Assembly (NCBI GenBank): GCA_041484665.1 | Contig: JBGPIA010000001.1 | Span: forward strand, 1-64,000 | Length of the DNA stretch: 64,000 bases | Source: Candidatus Krumholzibacteriia bacterium | Lineage (GTDB): Bacteria; Krumholzibacteriota; Krumholzibacteriia; JAJRXK01 | Reading direction: 5' to 3' | Shown here: one piece after another, positions 39,098-48,995 of the stretch | Layout: every line of letters begins with the position of its first letter | Position numbering within the stretch: the first letter of the stretch is position 1 | Program-made: the position numbers and the translations under genes | The notes under the pieces: generated by a model | Told to the model about the DNA's origin: nothing | The model's input: only the letters and a program-made list of their open reading frames with translations | Database searches by the model: none

Positions 39098-40345
39098 TCA
39101 GGTGCCCGCCGAGTAATCGCCGTGGTAGGCCACCTGCTCTGGGGTCAGTGCGTCAATGCGCACCCCCAAGGTGGCCAACTTGAGGCGCGCCAGCTCCTGG
39201 TCCTGCTCGGCGGAGATGTCGTAGACGGCGGGCTTGAGGCCCTTGCCCTCGCGCGCCAGGCGGATCAAGCTGAGGAACTGGTTGGCGAACGACATGTCCA
39301 TGACCTCACTGGGATGCCCCTCCGCCGCTGCCAGATTGACGAGCCGCCCCTTGGCCAGCACAAAGATGTGCTTGACGCCGACGGTGTAGCGCTCGTTGTT
39401 CGCCCGGATTTCCACCACGGCGCTGGCCAAGGCCCCCAGATGCTTGAGGTTGAGCTCGCAATCGTAGTGGCCGGTGTTGCACACCACCGCGCCGTCCTTC
39501 ATGGTCTTGAAGTGGCGGTCGACGATCACGTCTTTCATCCCGGTGGCGGTGATGAACACGTCGCCGACCTTGGCCGCGTCGTCCATGGGCATCACGGTGA
39601 ATCCATCCAGCATCGCCTTGAGCGCCTGGGTCGGGCTGATCTCGGTGACGATCACATGGGCGCCCATGCCGCGCGCCCGCATCGCGCAGCCGCGCCCGCA
39701 GTGCCCGTAGCCAGCGACCACGAAGTTCTTGCCGGCCAACAGGACGCTGGTCGCGCGCAGGATCCCGTCGATGCTGCTCTGTCCCGTACCGTACACGTTG
39801 TCGAAGTCCCACTTGGTCTCGGCGTCGTTCACGGCGATCACCGGGTAGAGGAGCTTGCCGTCGCGGGCCATGGCGCGCAGGCGGTGCACGCCGGTGGTGG
39901 TCTCCTCGGTGCCGCCGATCACCGTGCGCGCGAGGTCCTGGTGCTTGGCGTGCGTTGTGAAGATCAGGTCCGCGCCATCGTCGAGGGTCAGCGTTGGCTT
40001 GAATTGGAGAGTCTGCTCGATCGCCCAGTAGAACTCCTCGGTCGACATGCCATGCCAGGCGTAGATCGAGGTGTCCTCGGCAGCGAGCGCGGCTGCGACA
40101 TCGTCCTGCGTCGAGAGCGGGTTGCACCCGCTCCAGCTCACCTCCGCCCCCGCGGCGCGGATCGTGCGCACGAGCACCGCGGTCTCCTTGGTGACGTGGA
40201 GGCAACCGGCCACGCGCATGCCGCGCAGCGACTGCTCCTTTTTGTGCTTCTCGCGCAGCGCCCGCAGCACCGGCATGCGCGACTCAGCCCACTCGATACG
40301 CAGGCGCCCCTTGTCGGCCAGCGCGGCGTCGGCGACCTTGAACAT
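39098..40345 (-). CDS. ahcY: Adenosylhomocysteinase (short type)
   Basis: CLHVTKETA, CNPLSTQD, DDGAD, EETTTG, FDNVYGTGQS, GYGHCGRG, GRLVNLAAAEGHP; GAGGAG RBS. Confidence 0.97.
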   Translation of the reverse strand: MFKVADAALADKGRLRIEWAESRMPVLRALREKHKKEQSLRGMRVAGCLHVTKETAVLVRTIRAAGAEVSWSGCNPLSTQDDVAAALAAEDTSIYAWHGMSTEEFYWAIEQTLQFKPTLTLDDGADLIFTTHAKHQDLARTVIGGTEETTTGVHRLRAMARDGKLLYPVIAVNDAETKWDFDNVYGTGQSSIDGILRATSVLLAGKNFVVAGYGHCGRGCAMRARGMGAHVIVTEISPTQALKAMLDGFTVMPMDDAAKVGDVFITATGMKDVIVDRHFKTMKDGAVVCNTGHYDCELNLKHLGALASAVVEIRANNERYTVGVKHIFVLAKGRLVNLAAAEGHPSEVMDMSFANQFLSLIRLAREGKGLKPAVYDISAEQDQELARLKLATLGVRIDALTPEQVAYHGDYSAGT

Positions 40346-40373
40346 GTCTCCTCCTCGGGTGGTCCGGCCACCC

Positions 40374-41357
40374 TCACGGTGATGGGCGGCGGTCCGCCCG
40401 GGTCATTGCATGTGCCACGAAGCTGCTGGGCATGCGCCGCGCTGCGGGCCGCCCGGGTTCCGGCTGCACGACCCGGTAGCCGCGCAGGGTGAGGCCCGCC
40501 TGCTCCATCCAGCGCGCCAGGCTCGCCCGCGCGAAGCCCAGCCACAGGTGCCCGCGCTCCTCACGCAGCCACTCCTCCTGATGCTCGCAGAGGTCGATCA
40601 CCACGCATGTGCCGCCTGGGCGCAGCACTCGCCCGATTTCGGTGAGCGCGCGCGAAGGGTGCGGCACGTGGCGCAGCACCTGGCTCGCGAAGACCGCATC
40701 GACGGCTGAGTCGGGCAGTGGCAGGGACTGCGCGTCGCCGCGCACGAAGATGACGTCCGCCGTGTCCCCGGTCGCAGTCGCCCGCACGGCCTACGCCAGC
40801 ATTGCCGGCGTAGACTCCAGGGCGATCACGCGCCGCGCCAGGTCGCGCAGGATGGGCAGCAGGTGTCCCGCTCCGGTGCCGACGTCCAGTGCGATCTCCA
40901 CGCGCGGCACCAGTCCCGCCACAGCGTGGACCACAGGCGCGAGCCCTCCATACTCCTGGCGGATCCGCTCCCACTGCTCCCCCACCGTCGAGAAGAAGCG
41001 TGCCGAGCGGTCACCCCGAGTGGCCACCACGGCCGCGACGGCCGCATCATCAGCGGCCGCCTCCTCGATCGATTCGAGGGCCTCGCGCAGCACCCGCCCC
41101 AGCGCCGGGGGGCCCTCGGCGCGCTGGTAGAAGGTCCAGGTGCCCTCGCGGCGCACGCAGACCAGCCCAGCCTCCTTGAGCAACGCTAGGTGCTTGCTAG
41201 CCGAGGACTGGGTCAGCCGCAGCGACTCCGCCAGCTCGCCGACGCTCAGCTCCCGCCCCTGCAGCGCACGGAGCACGCGCAAGCGGGTCCGGCTACCCAG
41301 GACCTGGAAGATCTGCTCAGGAGAGGCTGTCCCCGCGCTGGTGAACGCGGAACTCAT
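40374..41357 (-). pseudogene. sahR: ArsR-HTH + SAM-methyltransferase-fold regulator (SahR-like), interrupted by one in-frame TAG at 40791-40793
   Basis: ORFs 40791..41357 (ArsR HTH, FFSTVGEQWE, LDVGTGAG) and 40374..40787 (GDAQSLPL..LRHVPHP..RVLRPGG..HQEEWLREERGHLWLGF) are in the same frame, separated by one stop codon; directly upstream of ahcY. Confidence 0.85.
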
Positions 41358-41412
41358 GATCTAGAGCCAGTTTTTGAAGTCCATGGATTGATTCCTTGAT
41401 CGCGATACAAGA

Positions 41413-41441
41413 ATAATAGTCCTCAGCGTAGCTCAATGCAA
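41413..41441 (-). promoter_or_regulatory. Putative sigma70 promoter of the sahR-ahcY unit
   Basis: TTGCAT-N17-TATTAT on the - strand in a strikingly AT-rich patch, about 55 bp upstream of the sahR ATG. Confidence 0.65.
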
Positions 41442-41531
41442 CTGGAGATTGGGGCCAGGCAGCGGGTGCGGGGCGGCCGGATCGATTCGCGCCGCAGCGA
41501 GCGACGCGTGCGTGCGCGCAACGGCGGCGCG

Positions 41532-42905
41532 CTACCTCGTGGCCGGGTGCTCAAGGTGGTCCGCGAGGAACACCGCCAGGTGGCGCACGGGAAGGTCCAG
41601 GCCGCGTTCGCGCAATCCCTGCAATAGGAACAACTCACACCCCGGATTGGCAGAGAGCAGCACCTCCGGAGCGGCCTCCACAATCGCGTCGAGCTTCTCG
41701 GCGCGCGCGGCGCGGGCCAGGACGGGCTGGCTGGCGTTGTAGCTGCCGGCGCTGCCGCAGCAGCGCTCCGCGTCGCGCAGCGGTACCACGGTCAGCTGTG
41801 GGACCGCGCGCAGCAGCCGCAGCGGCGCATCCACGATGCGCTGGGCGTGCGTATGGTGGCACGGCGGGTGGTAGACCACGCGCGCCGCGCTGGGGGACAA
41901 CGGCAGCCGGTCGACGCGCTGCGCCAGCCATTCCACCAGGTCCACCGTGCGCTGCCCCACGGTTGCGGCGCGCTCCGCGTAGTCGGGATCGTCGCGCAAC
42001 AGCTCCCCGTAGGCGCGCATGTGGGCGGAGCACCCGGCGCTGGGCACGACGATCAAAGGCGCGGCGGACATGGCGTCCACGTTGCGCCGCGCGAAGGCCC
42101 GCGCCACCCCAGCCGACCCTACGTGCTGGCTCAGCGCACCACAGCACACCTGCCCGCGCGGGATGTACGGCACGCCCCCGCACGCCTGCACCAGCCGCGC
42201 CGTTGCGGGCAGTACCTCGGGCGTGAACACCCGCTGCGCGCAGCCGGCCAGCAGCGCGACGTCACCGTGCGCCGGGAGCGAAGGCCGCGCCGGATACACA
42301 GCAGCGCGCGCCGGCAGCGCCGCGAGCAGCTCGCGCAGCGCCGGTGGAGCAGCCGCGCGGAGCGCGCCGCGCGCCATCCACTGCCCGAGCGCGCACATCA
42401 GCCACGCGCGCCGTGGGTGCGCGAGCACGTGATCGACCATCCACGCCACCAGCCGCTCCCGACCGCGCGGCGGCGGCCCCAGCCGCGACCGCGTCTGCTC
42501 GAGCAGATGGCCATACGCGACGCCCGACGGGCAGACGGTCTCGCAGTTGCGGCAGCCCATGCAGCGGTCGAGGGGACGGCGATCATGCAGACGGCCCGGC
42601 ACGCCGCCCAGCGCGGCAGGCACCTCCGCCGCGGCCAGCACATCGGCCATCAACATCAGGCGGCCGCGCGGCGACTCGGCCTCGTCGCCGGTGGCGAGGT
42701 AGGTCGGGCACGCCGAGAGGCACAGCCCGCAGTGGATGCACGTGCGCAGGAGCGCGGCGAAATCGGGGGATGCCCCGGCGTGCGCATCCGGCGCGCCGGG
42801 CGCACCGGAGCGCGCGTCGTGCGGCGCGCTAGGCCGTGCATCCGCGCGCGCGGCGGCAGCGGGCTGCGGCGCGGCGTCCAGTGCCACCGGCGGGCGCTGG
42901 CTCAC
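41532..42905 (-). CDS. glcF: Glycolate oxidase iron-sulfur subunit
   Basis: CIHCGLCLSACPT, SPRGR, CMGCRNCETVCPSGV, two CCG domains. Confidence 0.88.
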   Translation of the reverse strand: MSQRPPVALDAAPQPAAAARADARPSAPHDARSGAPGAPDAHAGASPDFAALLRTCIHCGLCLSACPTYLATGDEAESPRGRLMLMADVLAAAEVPAALGGVPGRLHDRRPLDRCMGCRNCETVCPSGVAYGHLLEQTRSRLGPPPRGRERLVAWMVDHVLAHPRRAWLMCALGQWMARGALRAAAPPALRELLAALPARAAVYPARPSLPAHGDVALLAGCAQRVFTPEVLPATARLVQACGGVPYIPRGQVCCGALSQHVGSAGVARAFARRNVDAMSAAPLIVVPSAGCSAHMRAYGELLRDDPDYAERAATVGQRTVDLVEWLAQRVDRLPLSPSAARVVYHPPCHHTHAQRIVDAPLRLLRAVPQLTVVPLRDAERCCGSAGSYNASQPVLARAARAEKLDAIVEAAPEVLLSANPGCELFLLQGLRERGLDLPVRHLAVFLADHLEHPATR

Positions 42906-44152
42906 GGCCGGCCTGCGACGCGGCGGGGCATGCTGGGCAGCAAGTCCTGGGGGTCGAAGGCCTCCGCCAGCCGGCGTTCCAGGGCCGAGGGCGGCACCAG
43001 AGCGCCGGCGCCGTCCAGCGCGGCCTCGAGGGCGTGCGGCAGCCGGTCCGCGACCAGCACACCGCCGTGGGGCGCGCTTGCCGCGGCCAGGTCCGCCAGC
43101 TCACGGTGCACGGCGTCTACCGGAGCCGTGGCGTCCAGCGCAAGCATCCCGTGTCCATTCTGCAGATCGAGCACGAGCCACGGGTCGGCACCCGCCCGCT
43201 CCAGCGCGGCCTCCGCCGCTCTCCAGGCGCCGAGCGCGGTCGAGGGCGTGGCCAGCCAGCGCCACAGCGCACGCTGGGGCTGCGCAAAGCCGAGATCGCG
43301 CGCTTGCTCTGCCAACCCGTCGGCCGGCTCGCCGGCGGCGGCCACCGCCCACGCGCGCACCGTCGCCTCCCACCCCTGCGCCATGGTGAGCAGTCCGCCC
43401 GGTCCGTCGCGCCCCAACGCGCGCAGCGCGCCGGCGCTCAGCCAGGCCTGGATCACCGGGTCCAGCGCGGTCGCCGGCCGTCGCAGCCGGGCGAGTTGCT
43501 CCAGCGCCTGGGGCAGCGCCGCCACGTGCAGCAGCGCGCGTTCCGTCTCGGGCAGGGGCTCGAGCTTCAGGGTGAAGTCGAGGATCAGCCCGAAGGCTCC
43601 GCGCGCGCCATGGTGCAGGCGCATGAGGTCGTAGCCGGCGACGTTCTTCACCACGCGCGTGCCGGCCTTGACCAGAGTGCCGGCGCCGTCGACGGCCGTC
43701 AGGCCGATCACCGCCTCGCGCAGGCCGCCACCCGGCGCGCCGCGCAGTCCGCGGTCGCCGGCCGCGAAGGCACCCCCCAGGGTCGCACGCTGCGGCAGCG
43801 GGGCCGACGCGGCCAGGCGCATGCCTTCGCCGGCGAGCGGCGCGGCCAGTCCCGCGAGCGTGCAGCCGGCGCCGGCGCGGCAGACGAAGTCGTCGCGCCA
43901 CAGGTCGAGGACGTCTGCGAGCCCGGCCGTGCGCACCAGCGCGCGCCCGGGAGACTGCGGACGCCGGCCGCCCCCGGCGGGTGCCCAGGCGCAACGCGCA
44001 CCGGCCAGGATCTCCGCGGCCAGGCGCGCGGCCTCGCGCCCCTGCGGCACGACCACCATCGCGCCGTCGGCCTTAAGAATCACCGACGCAAGGCCCAGCG
44101 CCACGCGCAGGCGATCGGCGGCGCGCGGCGTGGAGAGGGCCGCCGGCTCCAT
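42902..44152 (-). CDS. glcE: Glycolate oxidase FAD-binding subunit (divergent)
   Basis: ATLGG, AGTRVVKNVAGYDLMRL..GA.G..G, FDP near the end; between glcD and glcF. Confidence 0.8.
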   Translation of the reverse strand: MEPAALSTPRAADRLRVALGLASVILKADGAMVVVPQGREAARLAAEILAGARCAWAPAGGGRRPQSPGRALVRTAGLADVLDLWRDDFVCRAGAGCTLAGLAAPLAGEGMRLAASAPLPQRATLGGAFAAGDRGLRGAPGGGLREAVIGLTAVDGAGTLVKAGTRVVKNVAGYDLMRLHHGARGAFGLILDFTLKLEPLPETERALLHVAALPQALEQLARLRRPATALDPVIQAWLSAGALRALGRDGPGGLLTMAQGWEATVRAWAVAAAGEPADGLAEQARDLGFAQPQRALWRWLATPSTALGAWRAAEAALERAGADPWLVLDLQNGHGMLALDATAPVDAVHRELADLAAASAPHGGVLVADRLPHALEAALDGAGALVPPSALERRLAEAFDPQDLLPSMPRRVAGRP

Positions 44153-45582
44153 CACAGCGCCACCTGCCGTCCCGCCACCCGCAGCTCGTGACAGCCCCCC
44201 GCGCCGGGCAGCACCTTGCCGGGATTGCACAGACGAAGCGGATCGAACGCCGCCCGCACCCGGTCCTGGGCCTGCAGGTCGGAGGGCCCGAACAAGAGCG
44301 GCAGGAACTCGCGCTTCTCCAGGCCCACTCCGTGCTCGCCTGTGGGACTGCCGTCGAGCTCGATGCAGGCCATGAGGATCTCACCGCTGGCCCGCAGGGC
44401 CGCTTCGACCTGCGCCGGGTCGCGCTCGTCGAACAGGATGCAGGGATGGATGTTGCCGTCACCCGCGTGGATGACCGTGCCGATGGTCACGCCATTGCGG
44501 CGTGCCGCGTCGGCGATGGCCTGCACGATGCGCGGCACCGATGCCCGCGGGACGACACCGTCTTGCGTTGCGTAGTTGGGAGCCATGCGGCCGATGGCGC
44601 CGAAGGCGTGCTTGCGCGCTTTCCACAGACGCGCCCGCTCCTGCTCGTCGCGCGCCTGGCGCAGCTCGCGCGCGCCGTGGCGGTCGCAGACGCCGCGCAC
44701 CAGCTGGCCCTCGTGCTGCAGCGCCTCCAACGGACCATCCAGCTCCACGATCAGCACCGCGCCCGCGTCCAGCGGGAAGCCGAAGTGGAAGGCGTCCTCC
44801 ACGGCGCGGAGCATGATGCGGTCGATCATCTCCATCGCGGCCGGGACCACACCCGCGGCGATGATCCCGCTGACCGCGTGTGCCGCGTCGGCTTCGCTCT
44901 CGAAGGTCGCCAGGAAGGTCGTGACGGCGGCCGGCAGCGGGGTCAGGCGCACGGTCAGCTCGACGGCGATGCCCAGCGTCCCCTCCGCGCCGACCGACAG
45001 CCCCACCAGGTCGGGGCCGGGACCGGCCGTGGCGCGCCCGCCGTACGTGGCGAGCTCACCCTCGGGCGTGACTACCGTGGCGCTCAGCACGTGGGGCAGC
45101 GTTACGCCGTACTTGAGGGTGTGCGGGCCACCCGCGTTCTCGGCGAAGTTGCCGCCGATGGTGCAGGCGGCCTGGCTGGACGGATCGGGCGCGAAGCAGA
45201 GGCCATGCGGCGCCACCGCGCGCGAGAGCTGCAGGTTCACCACGCCAGGCTCCACCCGCGCGATGCGGTCCAGCGGATCCACCTCCAGGATCGCGCGCAG
45301 GCGCGCCAGGCCGATCTGGACCCCACCCACGAGCGTCATGCAGCCGCCCGACAGCCCGGTGCCGGCACCGCGGGCCACATAGGGGACGCCGTGACGCACG
45401 CACCAGCGCACGATGGCAAGCACCTGCCCGGCCGTGCGCGGCAGCAACACGCCCTCGGGCGCGATGCGGTGCAGGGTGTAGCCGTCGGCGTCGTAGACGC
45501 GGCGGTGGACGGCGTCGTCGAGCAGGACGTCGTCGCCGCACAGCGCGGCGAGCTCGCGGCGCGCGGTGGCGGGCAGGCTCAC
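44152..45582 (-). CDS. glcD: Glycolate oxidase FAD-linked subunit
   Basis: RGAGTGLSGG, APDPSSQAACTIGGNFAENAGGPH.LKYG, HAGDGNIHP, GEHGVG.EK, NPGK; GTG start. Confidence 0.9.
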   Translation of the reverse strand: MSLPATARRELAALCGDDVLLDDAVHRRVYDADGYTLHRIAPEGVLLPRTAGQVLAIVRWCVRHGVPYVARGAGTGLSGGCMTLVGGVQIGLARLRAILEVDPLDRIARVEPGVVNLQLSRAVAPHGLCFAPDPSSQAACTIGGNFAENAGGPHTLKYGVTLPHVLSATVVTPEGELATYGGRATAGPGPDLVGLSVGAEGTLGIAVELTVRLTPLPAAVTTFLATFESEADAAHAVSGIIAAGVVPAAMEMIDRIMLRAVEDAFHFGFPLDAGAVLIVELDGPLEALQHEGQLVRGVCDRHGARELRQARDEQERARLWKARKHAFGAIGRMAPNYATQDGVVPRASVPRIVQAIADAARRNGVTIGTVIHAGDGNIHPCILFDERDPAQVEAALRASGEILMACIELDGSPTGEHGVGLEKREFLPLLFGPSDLQAQDRVRAAFDPLRLCNPGKVLPGAGGCHELRVAGRQVAL

Positions 45583-46427
45583 GCGCGGCTCCGGCGCCCG
45601 ACCACCAGCCGGTGCGCGCTCACGCCGAGCATCGCCGGCTCCCGCTCCAGTGCAGTGAGCAGCTGGAGCAGCGCGGCCCGCCGCGCCGGGTCGCTCCACT
45701 GGCGCGGCAGGTCCTGCAGCATCCACGCCGGCCCCTCCACGGCCAGCAGCGCGACCGGCTCGAAGCCGGCCGCATCGAGCTCCTGCTGCAACTCCGTTGG
45801 GCGGTGGAAGCGGGCTGTGGTGAACCAGGCGGGATCCCCCGATGGATTGCGATGCTGTCCGTCGCGCAGGTCCTGCTCGACGATGGCTGCGAACGCCGGA
45901 TCGGCGATGAATCCACGCCTGAGCCCATCCAGCGCCGAGGCGAGCTGCGAGATCGCAGCGGCGACCACCACGCCGTGCGCCCGCAGCACGCGCCGCGCCT
46001 CGCGCAGGGCGCGCAGGCGGTCCGCGCGGTCGGTCAGGTGATACAGCGGACCCACGAGCAGCACCGCGTCGGCGGTGGCCGGAGCCCATCCCAAGCCCCG
46101 CGCGTCGCCCAGCGCGACGCTCGCCAGAGGGCGGGCTGGCTGCCAGGCGGAAGCCTGCCGCGCCTGCTCCACATGCAGCGACACGGGATCGAGCAGGTGG
46201 ACTTCGGAGCCTTGCTGCGCGAGCCAACAGGCGTGGGCGCCCGGGCCACCGCCCACGTCGAGCACGGCAGCGGGCGCAGGGCGGAGATGGCGCAGCAGAA
46301 TTTCCTGCGTGCGCGCCCGCTCCAGCTCACCCGAAGGCTCGCCGAGGCGCCGCCCCTCCAGGCCGCGGGCATCGTAGCCCGCGATCTCCGCAGCCAGCGC
46401 GCCGTCGTCGGACCGTTGCTCCGCCAT
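45579..46427 (-). CDS. Class I SAM-dependent methyltransferase
   Basis: VLDVGGGPG, GDAR, VLLVGPLYHL, ALREARRVLR. Confidence 0.85.
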   Translation of the reverse strand: MAEQRSDDGALAAEIAGYDARGLEGRRLGEPSGELERARTQEILLRHLRPAPAAVLDVGGGPGAHACWLAQQGSEVHLLDPVSLHVEQARQASAWQPARPLASVALGDARGLGWAPATADAVLLVGPLYHLTDRADRLRALREARRVLRAHGVVVAAAISQLASALDGLRRGFIADPAFAAIVEQDLRDGQHRNPSGDPAWFTTARFHRPTELQQELDAAGFEPVALLAVEGPAWMLQDLPRQWSDPARRAALLQLLTALEREPAMLGVSAHRLVVGRRSRA

Positions 46428-46516
46428 GGGTCGCAAGATAGCCCCTGCCCCCACCCGCTTCAACGCCGCCGCGTGCGCAGCGCCGCCGGACAGGACGTCC
46501 CCGGGCGCCGCGTGCC

Positions 46517-46546
46517 TTGACAGCTCCCCCGCTGCCTCGCCAGACT
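46517..46546 (+). promoter_or_regulatory. Putative sigma70 promoter of acs
   Basis: TTGACA-N18-CAGACT, 64 bp upstream of ATG 46611. Confidence 0.55.
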
Positions 46547-46610
46547 CCGGCAATTGCGCGCTCCGGCGTCGGGCGCGGCGGCCTCCACCTCCAGGCATGG
46601 GAGCGACTCG

Positions 46611-48578
46611 ATGGGCGCAGACCCCGGACACGACAGCCAGGACATCCGCAATCTGTTGCAGGAATCCCGGGTCTTCCCGCCGCCCGCCGCGTTCGCCGCC
46701 GCCGCGCGCTGCCGCAACCTCGCCGAGTACCGCCGGCTCTACGAATGGTCGATCCTGGACCCCGAGGGATTCTGGGGACGCGCGGCCGAGGACTTCCACT
46801 GGTTCCGCAAGTGGGACCGGGTCCTGGAATGGAATCTGCCGCACGCCAAGTGGTTCCTCGGCGCCACGACCAACATCTCCTACAACTGCCTCGACCGCCA
46901 TCTGTCGGGGCCGCGCCGCGACAAGATCGCGCTCCTGTTCGAGGGTGAGCCGGGCGACCAGCGCACCCTCACCTACGCGCAGCTGCATGGCGAGGTGTGC
47001 AAGTTCGCCAATGCCCTCAAGGCGCTCGGTGTGCGCAAGGGCGACCGCGTGTGCGTCTACATGCCGATGGTGCCCGAGCTGCCCATCGCGCTGTTGGCGT
47101 GCGCGCGCATCGGCGCCCCGCACAGCGTGGTGTTCGGCGGGTTCAGCTCCCACGCGCTGGTCGACCGCATCAACGACGCGCAGGCGAGCGTGGTCATCAC
47201 CGCCGATGGGGGCTGGCGGCGCGGAATGGTAATCGAGCTGAAGCCCGCTGTGGACGAAGCGGTGCAGCACACTTCCAGCGTGCGCAAGGTCGTGGTGCTG
47301 CGCCGCGCGGGCAACGCCGTGACCATGCAGTCCGGCCGCGACCACTGGTGGCACGAGCTGGTGGAGGCCGCCTCCGCGGACTGCCCCGCCGAGCAGCTCG
47401 ACAGCGAGCACCCGTTGTACATCCTCTATACGTCCGGGACGACGGGGAAACCCAAAGGGATCGTGCACACCACGGGGGGCTACATGGTGGGCGCCGCGCT
47501 CACCATGCGTTACGTGTTCGACCTGCGTGAAGACGACATCTTCTGGTGCACGGCCGACATCGGGTGGGTCACCGGGCACAGCTACATCGTGTACGGCCCG
47601 CTGGCCAACGGAGCCACCTGCGTGATGTACGAGGGCGCTCCCAGTCACCCAGGCCCGGACCGTTTCTGGGACATGATCCAGCGCCACAAGGTGACGGTGT
47701 TCTACACCGCACCGACCGCGATCCGCACGTTCATCCGCTGGGGCGACCAGCATCCGGCCCGACACGACCTCTCGTCCCTGCGGCTGCTGGGCACCGTGGG
47801 CGAGCCGATCAATCCCGAGGCCTGGATGTGGTACCACCGCGTCATTGGCGGCGGCCGCTGCCCGATCGTCGACACGTGGTGGCAGACCGAGACCGGCGCC
47901 ATCATGATCACGCCGCTGCCGGGCGCCACGCCGACCAAGCCCGGCAGCGCCACGCTGCCTTTCTTCGGGGTGCTCCCCGACATCGTGAACGCGCAGGGTG
48001 AGAGCGTCCCCGCCCCCGGCGGCGGGTTCCTGGTGATCCGCCGGCCGTGGCCCAGCATGCTGCGCACGCTCTATGGCGATGATGAGCGGTACCACAAGCA
48101 GTACTGGTCGCAGATGGAGGGCTGCTACTTCACCGGCGACGGCGCCCACCGCGATGCGGACGGCTACTTCTGGCTCCTGGGCCGGGTCGACGACGTGATC
48201 AACGTCTCCGGCCATCGCATCGGGACGGCCGAGGTGGAGAGCGCGCTAGTCAGCCACGTCCAGGTTGCCGAGGCCGCCGTGGTGGGCTTCCCCCACGAGT
48301 TGAAGGGGCAGGGGATCGCCGCGTTCGTCACGCTGCGCGCCGGCGTGAAGGGCGACGACGCCCTCAAGCGAGAGCTCCTCCACCATGTCGTGCACGAGAT
48401 CGGCGCGCTGGCGCGACCCGATCAGATCCGCTTCACCGAAGGGCTGCCCAAGACCCGCTCGGGCAAGATCATGCGCCGCCTGCTGCGGGACATCGCCAGC
48501 GGAACGGAGACCACTGGCGACACGACGACGCTGGAGGACTACAGCGTGCTGGCGCGGCTGAGAGAGGACGAGGGCTAG
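46611..48578 (+). CDS. acs: Acetyl-CoA synthetase
   Basis: [51 protein letters not shown]. Confidence 0.97.
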   Translation: MGADPGHDSQDIRNLLQESRVFPPPAAFAAAARCRNLAEYRRLYEWSILDPEGFWGRAAEDFHWFRKWDRVLEWNLPHAKWFLGATTNISYNCLDRHLSGPRRDKIALLFEGEPGDQRTLTYAQLHGEVCKFANALKALGVRKGDRVCVYMPMVPELPIALLACARIGAPHSVVFGGFSSHALVDRINDAQASVVITADGGWRRGMVIELKPAVDEAVQHTSSVRKVVVLRRAGNAVTMQSGRDHWWHELVEAASADCPAEQLDSEHPLYILYTSGTTGKPKGIVHTTGGYMVGAALTMRYVFDLREDDIFWCTADIGWVTGHSYIVYGPLANGATCVMYEGAPSHPGPDRFWDMIQRHKVTVFYTAPTAIRTFIRWGDQHPARHDLSSLRLLGTVGEPINPEAWMWYHRVIGGGRCPIVDTWWQTETGAIMITPLPGATPTKPGSATLPFFGVLPDIVNAQGESVPAPGGGFLVIRRPWPSMLRTLYGDDERYHKQYWSQMEGCYFTGDGAHRDADGYFWLLGRVDDVINVSGHRIGTAEVESALVSHVQVAEAAVVGFPHELKGQGIAAFVTLRAGVKGDDALKRELLHHVVHEIGALARPDQIRFTEGLPKTRSGKIMRRLLRDIASGTETTGDTTTLEDYSVLARLREDEG

Positions 48579-48990
48579 GCGACGCGCGCGGGCGGATAGC
48601 GGGAGGTCAGCACGCGCTTGATTCGCCCCGCCCACGCAGCCTCGTCGTGGTGGGCGCCCGCATCCTCGAGCTAGGCCAGGTCCGCGCCCAGCGTCCAGCC
48701 GCACCCGGTCAGCGCTTCGCGCAGGGCGCGCGCCTGCTCCACGGCGCGCCGGTCACCTTGCGCATCGCCGCCTTCGGCCGTCCCCATGTCCAGCCAGATA
48801 CGCATGTCCGTCGTCGGCGCAGCCGCGACGCGGCGCAGGATCTCCGCGCCGGCCCATCACGTCGATGGCGAGACCAGGCCGAGCCGGCGCAAGACGCTGG
48901 AATGCTCGAGGCCTAGATGGAGCGAGACCAGGCCGCCCAACGAGGAGCCGGCGACGCCCGTACGACGGCGCCGGCGGGTGCGGGGTTCCC
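48575..48990 (-). pseudogene. C-terminal remnant of an alpha/beta-hydrolase (putative esterase) with two internal stops
   Basis: One frame reads RTGVAGSSLGGLVSLHLGLEHSSVLRRLGLVSPST*WAG..RIWLDMGTAEG..GWTLGADLA*LEDAGAHHDEAAWAGR; TGA at 48857-48859, TAG at 48671-48673; no start or N-terminal half. Confidence 0.8.
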
Positions 48991-48995
48991 GCCGC

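Noticed and set aside
40346..40373. SAH or SAM riboswitch ahead of ahcY
   Set aside because: The spacer is only 28 bp and holds just the RBS; no recognisable aptamer upstream of sahR either
40791..40793. Genome-wide stop-codon reassignment (TAG or TGA)
   Set aside because: Many well-conserved genes here end at TAG or TGA at their expected C-termini (queD, uvrA, acs, wecB, ahcY, aceB)
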